Notes under the pieces: model-generated
Seen by the model: the letters and a program-made list of their open reading frames with translations, nothing else
What the model was told of the DNA's origin: nothing
The model's database searches: none
Assembly: GCA_963737655.1 (NCBI GenBank)
Contig: CAVTTN010000002.1
Span: forward strand, 2,048,001 to 2,112,000
Direction of reading: 5' to 3'
DNA: 64,000 nucleotides
Source: an uncultured Planctomycetota bacterium
GTDB taxonomy: Bacteria; Planctomycetota; Planctomycetia; Isosphaerales; Isosphaeraceae
Shown here: positions 61,711 to 64,000 of the stretch, piece after piece
How positions within the stretch are numbered: the first letter of the stretch is position 1
Layout of the letters: each line of letters starts with the position of its first letter
Program-made: the position numbers and the translations under genes

Positions 61711-63273
61711 ATGCGCGTCCTCGGAGCCGTCTGCCTCGCCCTGCTGGCCAGCCTCGGAGCGAGGGCCGGGGACGTCGGATCGCCCCGATTGCCCGAGCCT
61801 CCTCCGGGACCGCGGCGCCTGACCGCCCGGATCGACGCCCTCCTGGACGCCCGATGGGCCGACGCCCATTCTCGACCTTCGGCCCGGGCCGACGACGCCG
61901 AATTCCTCCGCCGGGCCAGCCTGGACCTCGTCGGCACGATCCCCACCCCGGCCGAAGCCAGGAACTTCCTCGACGACCCCGGCCCCGACAAGCGCCTGGC
62001 CCTCGTCGATCGCCTGCTCGAAAGCCCGGCGTTCGCGGCGAGGTCCGCCCTGCTGTGGAAGCAGCTCCTCCTGCCCGAGGCCGACGACCAGGGGCAGGTG
62101 GCCTCCGGCGGCCTGGACGCATGGCTGAGGAAGAAGGTCGCCGAGGACGCCGGCTATGACCGGATCGTCCGCGAAGTCCTGGCGACGAAGCTCGGCGGCG
62201 ACGTCAACGACATGGCCGTGGCCGCCTCCGAGCCCTCCCCGGCCGCCTTCTTCGCGGCCCGGGCCGGCAAGCCCGAGGAGCTCGCCGGGGACGCCGCCCG
62301 CACCTTCCTCGGCATCCGAGTCGAGTGCGCCCAGTGCCACGACCACCCCTTCGCCAAGTGGAAGCGCGAGGAGTTCTGGGGCTTCGCCGCCTTCTTCGCC
62401 GGGGTCCCCCGCCAGGCGGACGACGTCGCCGCCCGGAGGAACGGCCGGACCGACCCGGACCTCCGCGAGCTGACGATCCCCGGCACGACGAAGGTCGTCA
62501 AGGCCACGCACCTCGATCATTCCTCGCCCGTCTGGCGCCCCCGGGTCGGCACCCGGGACGTCCTGGCCGACTGGGTCACGGCGCCCGACAATCCCTACTT
62601 CGCCCGGGCCGAGGTCAACCGGACCTGGGCCCGCCTCTTCGGCCAGGGGCTGATCGACCCGGTGGACGACCTCGACGCCAGCGGAGATCCCGCCCTCGTC
62701 GCGATCCTCGACGAGATCGCCCGCGACTTCCGCGATCACGGCTACAACCGCAAGTACCTCCTCCGCGCCCTGATGGCGACGAGGGCCTATAACCTCTCCA
62801 GCGCCGCCGATCCGGGCCAGTCGGCCAGCCCCGCGCCGTTCTCCCGGATGCCGGTCCGCGGCCTCTCTCCCGACCAGTTCGTCGATAGCCTGGCGCAGGC
62901 CACGGGCGTCGATCTCGCCGATTCGCGAGCCCGGTTCGTCGAGCTGTTCGCCGAGCGAGACGTCCCGCTGATCGAGTCGCAGACGACGATCCTCCAGGCC
63001 CTGACCCTGATGAACGGCAAGTTCATCGACGGGGCCACGAAGGCCGAGACCGGCGACGTGATCGGCGCGATCGCCGGGGCGCCGTACCTCGACACCGCCG
63101 GGAGGGTCGAGCTCGCCTTCCTCGCCGCCCTGACCCGCCGGCCGACGACCGACGAGAGGGACCGGGCCGTCCGGTTCATCGACCGCAAGGCCACCGAGGA
63201 CGGCCGGGCCCGGGCCCTGTCGGACCTCTTCTGGGCCCTGCTCAACGGCCCGGAATTCCGCACGAATCATTGA
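61711..63273 (+). CDS. DUF1549/DUF1553 protein
   Basis: DAEFLRRASLDLVG.IPT, FLGIRVECAQCHDHPF, NPYFARA.VNR.W and DLFWALLN..EF..NH motifs. AAGGAG RBS. Confidence 0.92.
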   Translation: MRVLGAVCLALLASLGARAGDVGSPRLPEPPPGPRRLTARIDALLDARWADAHSRPSARADDAEFLRRASLDLVGTIPTPAEARNFLDDPGPDKRLALVDRLLESPAFAARSALLWKQLLLPEADDQGQVASGGLDAWLRKKVAEDAGYDRIVREVLATKLGGDVNDMAVAASEPSPAAFFAARAGKPEELAGDAARTFLGIRVECAQCHDHPFAKWKREEFWGFAAFFAGVPRQADDVAARRNGRTDPDLRELTIPGTTKVVKATHLDHSSPVWRPRVGTRDVLADWVTAPDNPYFARAEVNRTWARLFGQGLIDPVDDLDASGDPALVAILDEIARDFRDHGYNRKYLLRALMATRAYNLSSAADPGQSASPAPFSRMPVRGLSPDQFVDSLAQATGVDLADSRARFVELFAERDVPLIESQTTILQALTLMNGKFIDGATKAETGDVIGAIAGAPYLDTAGRVELAFLAALTRRPTTDERDRAVRFIDRKATEDGRARALSDLFWALLNGPEFRTNH

Positions 63274-63351
63274 GCGAAGCGAATCCCATCGGGGCGGGCG
63301 GGCGTTCCGCGTCGCCGGGCTGCATCGTCATTCCCAAGGGAGGGCGCCGTG

Positions 63352-64000
63352 ATGGACCGTTCGTCGTCGAGGCCGGGCCTGAGTCGCCGGCAGATGCTCC
63401 GCCTGGCCTCCGTCGGCGCGGTGGGCGCGTCGGTCTCCGGCTGGCTCGGCAACCTCGCCGCGGTCGCCGCGGGCGACCCGAAGCGGCGCAAGTCGTGCAT
63501 CCTGCTGTGGATGTCCGGCGGGCCGAGCCAGATCGACACGTTCGACCCCAAGCCCGACCACAAGAACGGCGGCCCGTTCAAGCCGATCCAGACGAGCGTC
63601 CCGGGCCTCCTCCTCGGGGAGCACCTGCCGAAACTGGCCAAGGACGTCAAGGACCTCGCCATCCTCCGGGGGATGAGCACGAAGGAAGGCGACCACGGCC
63701 GGGCCACGTATAACCTCCGCACGGGATATCTCCCTCAGGGGCCGATCCGCTACCCGGCGCTGGGTTCGATCGTGGCCAAGGAGCTGGAGGACGAGTCGGC
63801 CGAGCTGCCCGGGTTCGTCAGCATCGCCCCGAGCCGCGCCTTCAGCCCGGCCGCGTACGGGCCCGGCTTCCTCGGCCCGCGATACGCCCCCCTGATCGTC
63901 GGCGAACGCGCCGGAGGGGGAGGCCGGAGCGGCCCCCGCGCGTTCCGAGTCGAGGACCTGGAGCTCCCCTCGGGCGTCGATCGCGAACGCTCCGACGACC
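63352..64000 (+). CDS. DUF1501 Tat-exported protein (runs off the window edge)
   Basis: Not in the ORF track. My translation reads MDRSSSRPGLSRRQMLRL...KSCILLWMSGGPSQIDTFDPKP...EHLPKLA...H..YPALGS. Confidence 0.9.
   Translation, partial: MDRSSSRPGLSRRQMLRLASVGAVGASVSGWLGNLAAVAAGDPKRRKSCILLWMSGGPSQIDTFDPKPDHKNGGPFKPIQTSVPGLLLGEHLPKLAKDVKDLAILRGMSTKEGDHGRATYNLRTGYLPQGPIRYPALGSIVAKELEDESAELPGFVSIAPSRAFSPAAYGPGFLGPRYAPLIVGERAGGGGRSGPRAFRVEDLELPSGVDRERSDD

Overview
GC-rich bacterial chromosomal window, almost certainly Planctomycetota (probably Isosphaeraceae). The evidence is three DUF1559 prepilin-like genes, two DUF1549/DUF1553 + DUF1501 pairs, a CRTAC1/ASPIC protein, an LExRxLL FG-GAP giant protein, a PEP-CTERM protein and Ser/Thr kinases. 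Housekeeping genes are nuoL-nuoM (isolated pair), dnaE, glgP, ackA, xfp and prsW. About 11 single-base indels break or falsely fuse otherwise intact genes, which points to long-read or MAG consensus errors; several appear to turn TGA into TCGA, creating apparent DUF202-ABC and AckA-Xfp fusions. The most interesting items are a three-gene small protein / exported Pro-linker protein / papain-like C1 peptidase cassette (48776-50558), a PKS 'skeleton' protein made of linker and pseudo-KR parts (46127-47410), and a glycine-zipper HExxH metallopeptidase (26221-27230). Also notable are a low-GC two-gene insert inside a DUF1553-DUF1501 operon, an orphan Phd/YefM gene next to a REP doublet, and several distinct families of intergenic palindromes. 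No rRNA, tRNA, CRISPR array or transposase was recognised. All family assignments come from motif recognition by eye, not from database searches.
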